The notes below the pieces were generated by a model. It saw nothing but the letters and a program-made list of their open reading frames with translations. It made no database searches and was not told the DNA's origin. A stretch of 64,000 nucleotides of DNA from Eukaryota sp. TZLM1-RC. Lineage: Eukaryota > Protista > Metamonada: BaSk clade. A program made the translations under genes and the position numbers. This document shows, one piece after another, positions 1 to 9,649 of this stretch. Numbering within the stretch: the stretch's first letter is position 1; every line of letters starts with the position of its first letter. The DNA is taken from NCBI GenBank assembly GCA_040285825.1, contig JAUPSS010000009.1, positions 620,001 through 684,000 of the forward strand, in the 5' to 3' direction.

Positions 1-1282
1 AAAGATCATAATTGATTGGTGGAACAAACTTGACTGTCATTGACTTTCCTGGTTGTTCTGACCGCTCAAAAAGAGCTGTTTGACTTCCGTTGAATGCCAC
101 ATCAGCAGTCACCACTATCACGTGAATATAAACGTCATTTGATTGTGCTTCCACGTGCAACTCTAAACAACCGTCGCCAGGACTAGTTGAAAACTTAAAT
201 TGAACATTATTTATATTAGTTTTTGACACACTTTTTCCCTTTTTTGCGGCCAATATTCCCTTCTCTAAAAACGTAATTCTTTTGATTAAATCCCGTTTTT
301 CCTCCAAAAGTCCTTCATATTCTGCATTATTTATGACCTTCTGTGAGGTGTCATTTTGATCTGTGAAAGTGATACCCTTGACCAATCCAGATCTTCCAAT
401 TAAAAGCAACTGTTTAGTCGAAGAAGAGATCAAATCAAAATATTCAAGTCCTGCCAAATTTTGCCCCAAATTTTCCCTGGTCACAAGACTTCCCGAGACC
501 ACTTTCCTCACCTCTACTTTTCCATGTTCCCAACCAATAACCAAATCATCTTCACCATCACCATCATAATCAACTGCCCTCATCGCCAAACATGGAAACT
601 TACCCTTGATTCTCCACTGACGGGTTCTTCCTTCATAGACCCCTACAATACCATTAGAGAGGGCATACGCGAACCTGGGGGAGGAAGAGGTGGTAAGTGG
701 AAGAAGGGAGATGATCTTGGCAGATTCGTTGTATTCATAAACGACATCAATGTTGTTGTACACTCTAATGTATCCGTCTGCACAACCAGCAATGATTTCT
801 TGATTGCCATCATAATTGATTGATTCAACACAAGTCACGTCATCAGATGCAACTGTCCAAAAAGTTTCGTCCCCATTTGCATCAAAACCTTGTACAGAGC
901 ACGAACCACCCACTACAACAGCTGTATCAGGGAAAGAGGAGGGTGCAGTTGGAAGAAGTGAAGAAACACCATTGGGAAGCTCCTTGGTGAAGATGTAAGT
1001 ATTTTCTTCAGGATCAAAGACAGAGATACCCGAGGAGGTACCGATGAACATAACGTCTGTGGAAGTACCGGGTAGCCTACCAACCGTGTATGAGGTAACT
1101 TCACTGTGAAAACTGACGAAACGTTTTTCACAATCACCTTTATCATTGAATTGTTGAGGAGAGAAGAGTATAGCCTTACCAGCAGAAGTTATGGCAGTAA
1201 GAACAGGATGGGCTCCATCAAAGTTTCCAGTTGCTGTGAAGGGATGGATCTCACATCCAAGATTAAGCTCAAAGGTTGGCAT
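1..1282 (-). CDS. BBS2: BBSome subunit BBS2 (runs off window start)
   Basis: Open frame from ATG 1282 that is missing from the ORF track because no stop was seen in the window. It has VGGSCSVQGFDANGDETFWTV, FAYALSNGIVGVY..RQWRIK and DYDGDGEDDLVIGWEHGKVEVR, typical of the BBS2 propeller. Confidence 0.88.
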   Translation of the reverse strand, partial: MPTFELNLGCEIHPFTATGNFDGAHPVLTAITSAGKAILFSPQQFNDKGDCEKRFVSFHSEVTSYTVGRLPGTSTDVMFIGTSSGISVFDPEENTYIFTKELPNGVSSLLPTAPSSFPDTAVVVGGSCSVQGFDANGDETFWTVASDDVTCVESINYDGNQEIIAGCADGYIRVYNNIDVVYEYNESAKIISLLPLTTSSSPRFAYALSNGIVGVYEGRTRQWRIKGKFPCLAMRAVDYDGDGEDDLVIGWEHGKVEVRKVVSGSLVTRENLGQNLAGLEYFDLISSSTKQLLLIGRSGLVKGITFTDQNDTSQKVINNAEYEGLLEEKRDLIKRITFLEKGILAAKKGKSVSKTNINNVQFKFSTSPGDGCLELHVEAQSNDVYIHVIVVTADVAFNGSQTALFERSEQPGKSMTVKFVPPINYDL

Positions 1283-1334
1283 AATTGATGGAAATAAGTT
1301 GGGAAGGGAGTTGTTTGGTAATTAGAATTTTTAA

Positions 1335-1715
1335 CTTTTTTTAAACTTGCACACTTGACAAAATTAATTCATAACTAATGAGACGAAATTCATTCAACCA
1401 AGATTTCCTCTACAAAATCTTGATCTGCTTGCTGTTTAACTAAAGCTTCTCTAACTCGATAGAAAAACCGAGGTAATCTATTAATAATGGCAAATTGAAT
1501 CCGAGAGCGCCATAAAAAATATCAAATCTTTTAATTGTTTCATCTTGAACCATTATTTTGGAAATCACTCAAAAAGGTTCCTGCTTCTACTGATAGTCTT
1601 CCGGTTATCAAAAATGAGAAAAGCACTAAAAACAAGTGGTCTATTTCTATCAGCATTAGCTTCTTCGATATCTTTCTCATATTTTCTATGTTTTTCTTTA
1701 GCTATAAATTCAAGT
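1335..1715 (-). mobile_element. 3' fragment of RLE non-LTR retrotransposon family A
   Basis: Reverse complement closely matches 11790-12160 (RPLVF..WRSRIQFAIINRLP and the 3' UTR). Confidence 0.85.
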
Positions 1716-2309
1716 TTGGTTTTAAATTCGAATCAATTTCCATTATTTTTCCAAACTTTATTATTTTAATGGTGAGTTTTTAAAACTCTTAATATCTATT
1801 TCCTCACACTCTACATCTACCGATCAAAAATTTCCTATAAAACTCTTGAATATTTTCTTCATTTTGTCTTCATAGTGCTTACAGCAAGGGCCTGTACATT
1901 AAAGCAAGCCTATACATTCCATAAAAAATGACAATACAGTTCTATTTTGCAGGAAAGGTCAGTTGAATATTCTTCTAGTTTTGCTTTGAATAATTGAGAG
2001 AGATTGTATAGAGAAGATACAACACTCTTACCTAAGATTTCAAATTGGGAGAAGACAAAAGGAAAAAAAAGTATTGAGTATGTGAGTTGTTATTCCAGTT
2101 ATTACTTGTTCCAACATACATGATAAATTTGGCCACTTCAAGTATAGTGGTCTATATTGAGCTAGAGTACTTGATTCATTTGAAACATTCGTAGATCAGA
2201 CATCAATGGTAATCAACAACTCAAGAAAATAGATAAATAAAATCAATAGTAAAAATAAATAAATAATAAAAATAAATAATAAATAAAATAATAAAACTCA
2301 TCAAAACAT

Positions 2310-2520
2310 GGAACTAACACATCACCGCAGCTATCACCAAATGAAATTCTGTTAGATTGATTTGTCAAATTGGAAAATCAAGGTTCATTAAAGGTTCAAT
2401 CTTGTGCGGCTTCTACATTCCGTAGAATTGTTCACAGATAGTTTCATGATGTTTTGATCTGAAAGTGATTGAACGTTTGAAATTCAAACAATTTCTCTTG
2501 AAGTATTTTTGAATAAGTTT
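2310..2520 (-). mobile_element. degenerate non-LTR retrotransposon fragment (Cys/His region)
   Basis: Translates as CLNFKRSITFRSKHHETI, similar to HLLNCKHFITFRSKVH at 40363-40620. Confidence 0.45.
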
Positions 2521-3067
2521 CTCTGATTCTGATAACTTTACTTTTAACGACTATGTACGAATGCTTCATTTGTTACCCTAAGCCGTAGAATGGGAATACA
2601 GTTAATGAAGTAGAGTTGATTTATTTTACCCTCATTCTATTTAAACCTAAAGGTACCAAAACATTTATAAACAATTACGTTTTTAATCCAAACACTAACC
2701 CTACCATGAAAGAAGACAGGTGGGATGTTACTTTGTCTTCTGACACATGGGTAAAAGCGAATTAAGTAGAATTGAAAAGCCGTGACTCATTGGAAATGAA
2801 GTGTAAAAAACATAGGTTATGTTTGATTTACGTAGAAGCTTATAATGAAGTATATTCAGCATGCACTCGTTTACTACAAAACACAAGATGAATAACCACT
2901 AATAAAACAGTAACGTTAAATAAAAAATAATAAAGCAGATTAAAATTAAAGAAAAAAATTAAGCTAATATACAGATCAAACTAAAAACTTAATAAACATA
3001 AACCGAAAAGAGTATCCAAACTTTTCAACCAAAAAGTGTTGAAATAAACGTAAAACTACTTGATTTC

Positions 3068-4597
3068 TTATCTCTTCAAGGCAACCATTTTAGCAAGCTT
3101 TTCCATCTCCATAGCTTCTGAATCCCTAACAACATCCAACTTGAAGGCCCGAAGCCTAGCACTACTTTTACAACTTCTTAAATCCTTTTTGCTTCCTCTT
3201 TTCCTCCTCTTGAGTCCCCTCTTGCTCCTGTCAGTGTCACTGTCGGAAGAGGAGTAATCAGTATCAGAGGAGGATGGAGAAGAAGTGTTATCAGGATTTG
3301 CTTCTTTCAATAGTGGTTTTGCTGGTTGACATATTAGAGATTGTCTTGGATAAACAATTGTTTCTAATAGCGTATTTACATCATTTTGACCAATCACGTC
3401 ATTAATGTGAGCTTTTTGATCGTCAGCGAACGTGTGGTTACGTGTACAGCAACCAGACACATCATTCAAAGAAGAAGCGGAGGTGTTACAACAAGGATAA
3501 ACAGAGTGAGAAGGAGCCATTGGATGATATCTACAATGGTTCAATAAAGATAAGGAAAATGTTTGACCGCAAGTCGAGCAGTCAAAGACTGTGAGTAATC
3601 CAAATACTTTCCAATAAATGTCCCTCCAACTCAATTTCTGACTGCTCTTTAGCTCAAAAAACCACTGATTGACATCAAAACTGTCATCAACTTCGTGTCG
3701 AGTCAGTTTTTTACCCCTGAAATCGACAAATCCAATCGAATCAAAACATAATAATTCATTGATAAATCTCGTAGAAAAAACTTCACCACAACATTTACAT
3801 TTAGCCAAAGAAGTTTCAGAGTCACACAACAATTGAAGCTTTTTCAACCAAATTTTGGGCACGAGCTTTCCTCGTCTGTCAGGCAGAGTTTCTAACTGTG
3901 TGATGTCAAATCCAACTGCCAGCTCTGATATGACGTCATCTGATAGACACGAAAGATCAATGGGAAGTTTAAGCACCTGTGCCAAGTTTCCAATAAGGAA
4001 TTTGACAGCCTCATGTGTCAAGGTCGGCATCTGCAAGAATTCCGCAGAAATCAAGATTGACACCACATTTGTGACCGTCAGCTCTGGCTTTGACACCTCA
4101 TCCTTTGCATGAATAAACGACATTAGCCACTCAAATACGACCACATCACAATGAACGGAAACATCAATGTCTTCTTCTTCTTCCTCATTGTTGAAGTATG
4201 AAGAAAAGTAATTCATGTGGGAAAGTAGAGCAGATTTTTCACAGACAACGTCCTTTTCAATATTGCGGTTTTCATCAGTTACGTGAATGCAAATCGTATC
4301 AGTGCTCGAGGAGTATACCTTGGTTTCAATCTGTGGGGATTGGGTAGTTCGAGGAGAAGGTCGTGGAGAAGGAACAGGAGGAAGTTGACGTTCACCTGAT
4401 GAGGATGATGATGGTTTGGGCTTGGGTTTGGGTTTGGTATCTTGTGAAGTTCTTGATGAGCGGGGAGGTAGAACATTACTGTGATTGAGAAGATTAGTTG
4501 ATGAGGATGTAACAGAACGTGAGCGAGGAGAAGGTCCCGGCACTGTTCCGCGAGCAGCCAATGGCAAAGCATCTACTCTTGTGGAGTGGAAGTACAT
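3068..4597 (-). CDS. SANBR: SANT/BTB domain regulator (KIAA1841/DUF3342-like)
   Basis: ICIHVTDE..KD..C....L..HMNYF, IDVSVHCDVVVFEWLM, VVSILISAEFLQM and YPCC motifs. The likely native start is MYFHS at 4597; the 64 upstream codons cross an insertion junction. Confidence 0.75.
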   Translation of the reverse strand: MYFHSTRVDALPLAARGTVPGPSPRSRSVTSSSTNLLNHSNVLPPRSSRTSQDTKPKPKPKPSSSSSGERQLPPVPSPRPSPRTTQSPQIETKVYSSSTDTICIHVTDENRNIEKDVVCEKSALLSHMNYFSSYFNNEEEEEDIDVSVHCDVVVFEWLMSFIHAKDEVSKPELTVTNVVSILISAEFLQMPTLTHEAVKFLIGNLAQVLKLPIDLSCLSDDVISELAVGFDITQLETLPDRRGKLVPKIWLKKLQLLCDSETSLAKCKCCGEVFSTRFINELLCFDSIGFVDFRGKKLTRHEVDDSFDVNQWFFELKSSQKLSWRDIYWKVFGLLTVFDCSTCGQTFSLSLLNHCRYHPMAPSHSVYPCCNTSASSLNDVSGCCTRNHTFADDQKAHINDVIGQNDVNTLLETIVYPRQSLICQPAKPLLKEANPDNTSSPSSSDTDYSSSDSDTDRSKRGLKRRKRGSKKDLRSCKSSARLRAFKLDVVRDSEAMEMEKLAKMVALKR

Positions 4598-4641
4598 TGC
4601 TGAAGGTGGTGATAGGCAATGTGGAGTCGGCAAAAAACTGC

Positions 4642-4660
4642 AAGAAAAGACATCCTCTGA
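4642..4660. repeat. 19-bp direct repeat, copy 1 (aagaaaagacatcctctga)
   Basis: Identical to 6662-6680. Confidence 0.95.
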
Positions 4661-4875
4661 CATTTCCCCACCATTAATATGTAATTTTTCAATGTTAGTA
4701 TTGGACAAATCACATACACAATATTTTAATACTACTAATTTAACATTGAAAAAATTATCAGGAATATGACAATCACAAACAGTCATCATTTTTCAATTTT
4801 GAATATTCAATTTTTTCAGTTGGTTGGAATGAATTTAAAATTCATTGGTGAATTTTTCTTAATTACTGGTCTAAA

Positions 4876-5061
4876 TTAATTAACAATCATTACCCCATAT
4901 AGATATTTTCCATCGCTAATTACATATGATTTGTTTAGATCAAATGTTTTCAATTTACAATTCTCATAAATGACATATTCTTCATTTAATAATAATGAAA
5001 AAGTACAAAATAAAATCACAACCACCAAAACCCAAACAATTGTTTCTAGTTTTCTATTCAT
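4876..5061 (-). CDS. small virus-like membrane protein
   Basis: MNRKLETIVWVLVVVILFCTFSLLL has one hydrophobic segment and is preceded by the shared pre-start motif. Confidence 0.4.
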   Translation of the reverse strand: MNRKLETIVWVLVVVILFCTFSLLLNEEYVIYENCKLKTFDLNKSYVISDGKYLYGVMIVN

Positions 5062-5077
5062 TTTTAAAAAATAATAA

Positions 5078-5842
5078 TCATTTTTCATAGTGTAGTCTTT
5101 CAAAGCTTTCATTATTTGGTTTTTTAGAATTAATTCGTTCTTGTATTTCGTATTCAATGAATGGTTTGGGGAAAACATAATCACCACTACTGGTATTTGA
5201 TAATAAACATTTTTTTGAAAATTGTTCAATTGCAAACTGTGTGAAATTATTTTGATTAAATTCACTCGTATATGAATTAAACGTGTTATAATATGGTGGA
5301 TCAAAATACACAAATGAGTTTTCTGGATATGGTATGTTTTCATAAGATTCACAATAAAAATCTATATTAAATTTTTTTAATAATGTATCAATTTCAACTA
5401 AATCCTTGTATTTAATTTGTGGGTTTTTATAATTTCCAAATGAAATGTTAAATTGGTTTTTGAATTAACCCTATACATTCCACGAAAACAATGTTAATTT
5501 AAATATATAAACAATTGTGTTTTTCTTATAAATCATCAGATTGGTTGAATAAATCTCGCAATCTATAATATTTCTCAGGTGTATTTTTATTTGTAAAATC
5601 ATTTGATATATTATCAGGAGACTCTACTAATAATTCATACATTTTAATAATATATGGATTGATACCATTTGCAATTATCTTTGGATAAAAATTATTCATA
5701 TCAAAGTGATGTAAGATATTTAATAACAATCCACCACCACCAATGAATGGTTCAACATATGTTTCAAAGTTTAATGGAATGTATGGTTTTATTAAAAAAA
5801 TTCTTTGGTTTTTCCACCAACCCATTTAATGAATGGTTTCAT
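5078..5842 (-). pseudogene. dam: Dam-family (D12 class) DNA adenine methyltransferase, frameshifted
   Basis: MKPFIKWVGGKT, YVEPFIGGGGLL (motif I), CFRGMYRVNSKNQFNISFG, FVYFDPPY (motif IV) and LLSN, split across frames. Confidence 0.9.
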
Positions 5843-5862
5843 TTGGTTAAAGAAAATCTTTT

Positions 5863-6299
5863 TTAAATAAATGAATGAGGTTTATCAATCAACTCTTTCA
5901 CGGAATGAGATGTAATGTCACGGGTTTTACAAAAATCTATATATTCCTTTCGTTCAACACTTAAATCACCAATCACATATCGATTACATTGGATTTAATA
6001 TTTTACTACATAGAATTATTTTTACTGGATTTATTTTTGCCAATTCAAAATATTTTATTGGACAACCCAATACTTTTTTCCCAAGCAGAACCATTTGAAG
6101 TCCAATTCATTGATTTGATTTCTAAGAAATAATTTGGAGTTTCAATATCTGGACATGGATAATTTTGATATTTTTTTAAACTCATTAATGGCTGTTTTTC
6201 AAAGCTTCAAAATTTTGCAATTACATTTTCACAATAATTTAAATATTTGTAACTATTGCATGATAAATCACAATCAACATTTTCATATAACCAATTCAT
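5863..6299 (-). pseudogene. PD-(D/E)xK endonuclease, putative type II restriction enzyme partner of the MTase
   Basis: Manual translation gives CPDIETPNYFLEIKSMNWTSNGSAWEK/VLGCPIKY, i.e. PD-x8-E-I-K. It has one in-frame TGA and two frameshifts, and ends about 20 bp before the MTase ATG on the same strand. Confidence 0.7.
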
Positions 6300-6661
6300 T
6301 TTAAAAACAAATAATCATTTTTTTAATTTTGGACCAATTGTATTTTCCAAAACCATTCTTATAAATTCAGATTCATCACTTTCATGTTCAAAGAATTTCC
6401 AATAATGATGAATTCTTTCAATTTGTTCTTCTAGAACATGTTCAGGGTAGTCGTTCACATGGTTCACCTATATTATTATGGTCTCCATCTAATCACGCAT
6501 ATCATTCAAATGCATTCTGGGAATTTGAAAATGATGGTGATTATGTTTTATTAAAATCAAAACAAACTGATAATGGTAATGCAATTTATATGGGACAGGG
6601 TGATGATTATCTAATTCAATCTCCAAAAAATAAAGCCATAAAGTTTATAATTATTTATTTG

Positions 6662-6680
6662 AAGAAAAGACATCCTCTGA
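6662..6680. repeat. 19-bp direct repeat, copy 2
   Basis: Identical to 4642-4660 and lies 45 nt past the Fanzor stop codon. Confidence 0.95.
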
Positions 6681-6725
6681 TGGCGCATGCCAACTATGAC
6701 TAGATTTTACTAGTCTAAAAATAAA
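6669..6725 (-). ncRNA. candidate Fanzor omegaRNA scaffold (3' part)
   Basis: Directly 3' of the Fanzor ORF. It has a GACTAG-TAAAAT-CTAGTC hairpin followed by a TTGGCAT...GATGTC stem that also appears after copies 2 and 4. Confidence 0.5.
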
Positions 6726-9630
6726 CTAAGTTCTAAGCCTACCTTCTTCACCGGATAACCAGTGATCAAATACATTCAACATATTCAAACAAGCCATCTT
6801 GTTCCTATTCCAATACTTTGCCTTGACTGCTTCTCTACTTTCTGACTTTTTACATCGTGCTTTTGCATCATTAATACACTGAGAACTTCTACATTCCAAA
6901 AGCCCATGAGGAAATTTGAACGGTGTTTTTTCAGCACTTTTAGGAATTGGATTCCTTGTTTTGATAGTTGGTTCAAACACTTTTTCAAAGCAAGAAGGAC
7001 ACTTTGATGAAGTATGGCTTTCATCAATTAAAACAGTTTGAAAACCTCGTCTAATAAAACAACTTATCCATCTATTGGAAGGAGTTGGGGGACTATGTTT
7101 GAGATTACTGATTGGTTTACGACCCAAGTCCCCAATACACAATACTGTTTTGTCTTTACCACCGAATGTTGTCAATAACTTGTTCACAATTCTTTCTTCA
7201 GTTTTTTGCCTATGGATATAACTTTGGATATTATGTATCCTCCATAAGGGTAAACTATAGAATTGTTTCACTGCATTGTAGTGTTTACACTTGGCCAACA
7301 TAAACTCTCTGAATTTGTGGTAATCAACAGTTTTTGAATCATGATCACGTAACCACGAATTCCATTCCTCGATGGTCATTGTCTGGTCTTCACCATTATT
7401 TTGTCTAACACAAAATTGTAACACTTGTTTGTGTTTTCTATTGAGACGTGACCATTCACCATATGTTAGCCTCATCCATTGATATTTTTTCAGTGGATTT
7501 GAATTGGATTCTTCCGACTGTGCTCCAAATTGAATAAAATCTCTCTTTCCAAGATCACCAAAAACCACAGTTTTATCACTATAATCTTCAGGATCAAGGT
7601 GATCAAAATAAGAGACTGATACCTTGGCAATATTTGAATCAGGTTTAAAGGTTAATCCTGCGAGATCATGTCTCACAAACTGAAAACAAATACTTATACC
7701 ATTGGTTACTGCGTAATTATTGAATTTGAAACCATTTTTTTTGAAAGAAATGTTATTAGTGTTGAACCATCTGTCCCAATAAGAATTCTGTTGATTGTGA
7801 GTTAGACTTCCAATATCAGACATACACATATAATTTTGGACTTGCTTAAATCGAGGTTTACCATCTAAATTACCCATAGCATTTTTCCCAATACCCCACA
7901 ATGTTCGCGTGTCTATTGGAAAGTATCCAGGTTTACTACCCATATTAAGTGGAATGACGCTAAACAATTTTGTCTCAATTCCTTCTAAATATTGAATTAT
8001 TTGAAATGATGGTTTCAGAAAATGTAAAGGATACTTTTCAAGGGTGTATTGCAGTATTTTAACTTGCACATTTTCTGTTCCATTACCCTCATTAATTTGG
8101 ATAATATTTGGGAAAATTATAGACAACCAGTGCTCCAATAATAATGTAACACCTGCTTCAATCAAATAATTTGTGGTTTCGAACACAACATCGGTTGTAG
8201 AATCATCAAAATATTTAATAACTTCTTGTAAAAAATATACATTAGATCAGAATTTCCAAAATTTTGCAAGTAATTAATTAATTCATTTCGCTCCCCACCA
8301 ATCATAAAATCCTTCACAATTTTCAAACGAAATCTAAAATAACTGAGAAATCTTTGGCGTTGCATATAATTCAAATGTTGCAAACTATCTGGAAGTACTT
8401 CTGTCCAATCTTCCTTCATTAGATCTTCCAAATCTTTTTTTCCCATTATATGATTAATGAATTTTTTGATATATAAATGATAATTTCTTTTGATATTCAG
8501 TTCAAAAGCAGGCCACATTTCATATTGACTCATGTATTCAAATGATCTATTTACATGGTTATAATCTAGTCTAGGCATATGGCAAATTGATGAAGTGTCG
8601 GTGTATTCAGTAACACAATGGCGATACCCAGGGAATTCAGAATTGTTATCATAAGTTCCTAACCCAAAAATAAAGTTGTTCAAATCATCACTTAACGTTG
8701 GTATTGGTTTATCGAATGCTAATTTAAACCGATGCACCTTTGAAGATAATTTTTTCAAACATATTATTGTGTGATAGAATAGTTTGTAGTCAAAATTTGA
8801 CAAATCTTCGTTCTTCATGAATTTGACTAAAAGATACTGTTTGACACAAAATGAAGTTTGTTGTCTCACAGCAGACATTACCTATAAGTAACTCTTCTTG
8901 TAATTCTCTATACCTTGCTGTAGATGAAACAGAGGTCTTTACTGTAGACCATGACTGATTTATTATTTTATCCCTTTGGAATAGAATAAATAATTTGAAA
9001 ACAAGAATTGCAACCTGAAGACAATAAGATCCTAATGTTCTCAATGCCTTATTTGAATAAAGGCTATCAATAGGTAATAAATTTTCAAACTCATCATGAA
9101 GTTTAAGTTTTGTTTCGGCAAGTAAATGGTATGCTAAAATGTTCAATGAAGCTCCATATCAAATTTTGATGAATTTTCTGGCAAACAAAAAAGTGTCCAA
9201 AATAGTGAAATTTTCATATAACTGAATTATTTCTCTCCAACGTCGATGAAGATATAATTCATTTAGATCAATTCTTTGGGACAAAATTGGAAAAATGGTT
9301 CCAAAATGTGACAATCGCACAGCCAACACAGGTAAATCAAAATTAAAAATATTATGGCCTAAGAAACCAACAATTTTTTTATCATAAGTGAATTCTGCAA
9401 ATGACTTCAATAGATGTTGTTCATGATCAAACTTGGTTGAGATTAATCTCCACTCCACTATTCAATGGTAAGGCATTGTTCCTCCCGTAACCCAACAAAT
9501 GTCAGTTCTTCCATCCGTCAATAGCAATTTAAATATCCCTAATTCACATATGTATGGAAAGCAGATATTTAAAATCGGGCTCAACGAAGTTAAACAAGCT
9601 TTTACGTCAGAGGTTTCTGTGTGACGCTTT
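6726..9630 (-). pseudogene. Fanzor1-type RNA-guided nuclease with N-terminal DEDDy 3'-5' exonuclease (copy 1)
   Basis: RuvC-I VFGDLGKRD, CIGD, RuvC-II/ZnF IDESHTSSKCPSC..HGLLEC..C and RuvC-III WNRN..ACLNM. Upstream are GHNIFNFDLPVL, LDTF and SLNILAYHLLAETK..YCLQV. It carries in-frame TGAs at 9462 and 9159 and frameshifts near 8880 and 8190. Confidence 0.85.
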
Positions 9631-9649
9631 GGTTTAATTAAGTTCCTAC

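Larger units (their letters stand above)
4661..6661. mobile_element. 2,001-bp AT-rich giant-virus-like DNA insert flanked by 19-bp direct repeats
   Basis: Abrupt AT enrichment, intronless densely packed ORF relics (MTase, nuclease, small membrane ORF) and a repeated AAAAATGATTATT..TTTTTAAAATG pre-start motif. Confidence 0.7.

Noticed and set aside
363-1288. Short ORFs listed over the first 1.3 kb
   Set aside because: They are antisense or alternative frames of BBS2. The same applies to shadow ORFs over IMP4, ThrRS, SLU7 and the lectin.
4642-6680. CRISPR array
   Set aside because: There are only two repeats, the interval is 2 kb and there are no cas1/cas2 genes. It is reported as a direct-repeat-flanked insert instead.
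6726-8186. Bacterial IS200/IS605 TnpB contamination
   Set aside because: The protein is far longer than TnpB, has Fanzor1-type motifs and has several decayed paralogues among intron-containing genes.
9159-9464. TGA recoding, suggested by in-frame TGAs in Fanzor copy 1 and the endonuclease
   Set aside because: Host genes end in TGA (12951, 17807), and the same relics also contain frameshifts; copy 2 has TAA stops. This is decay.
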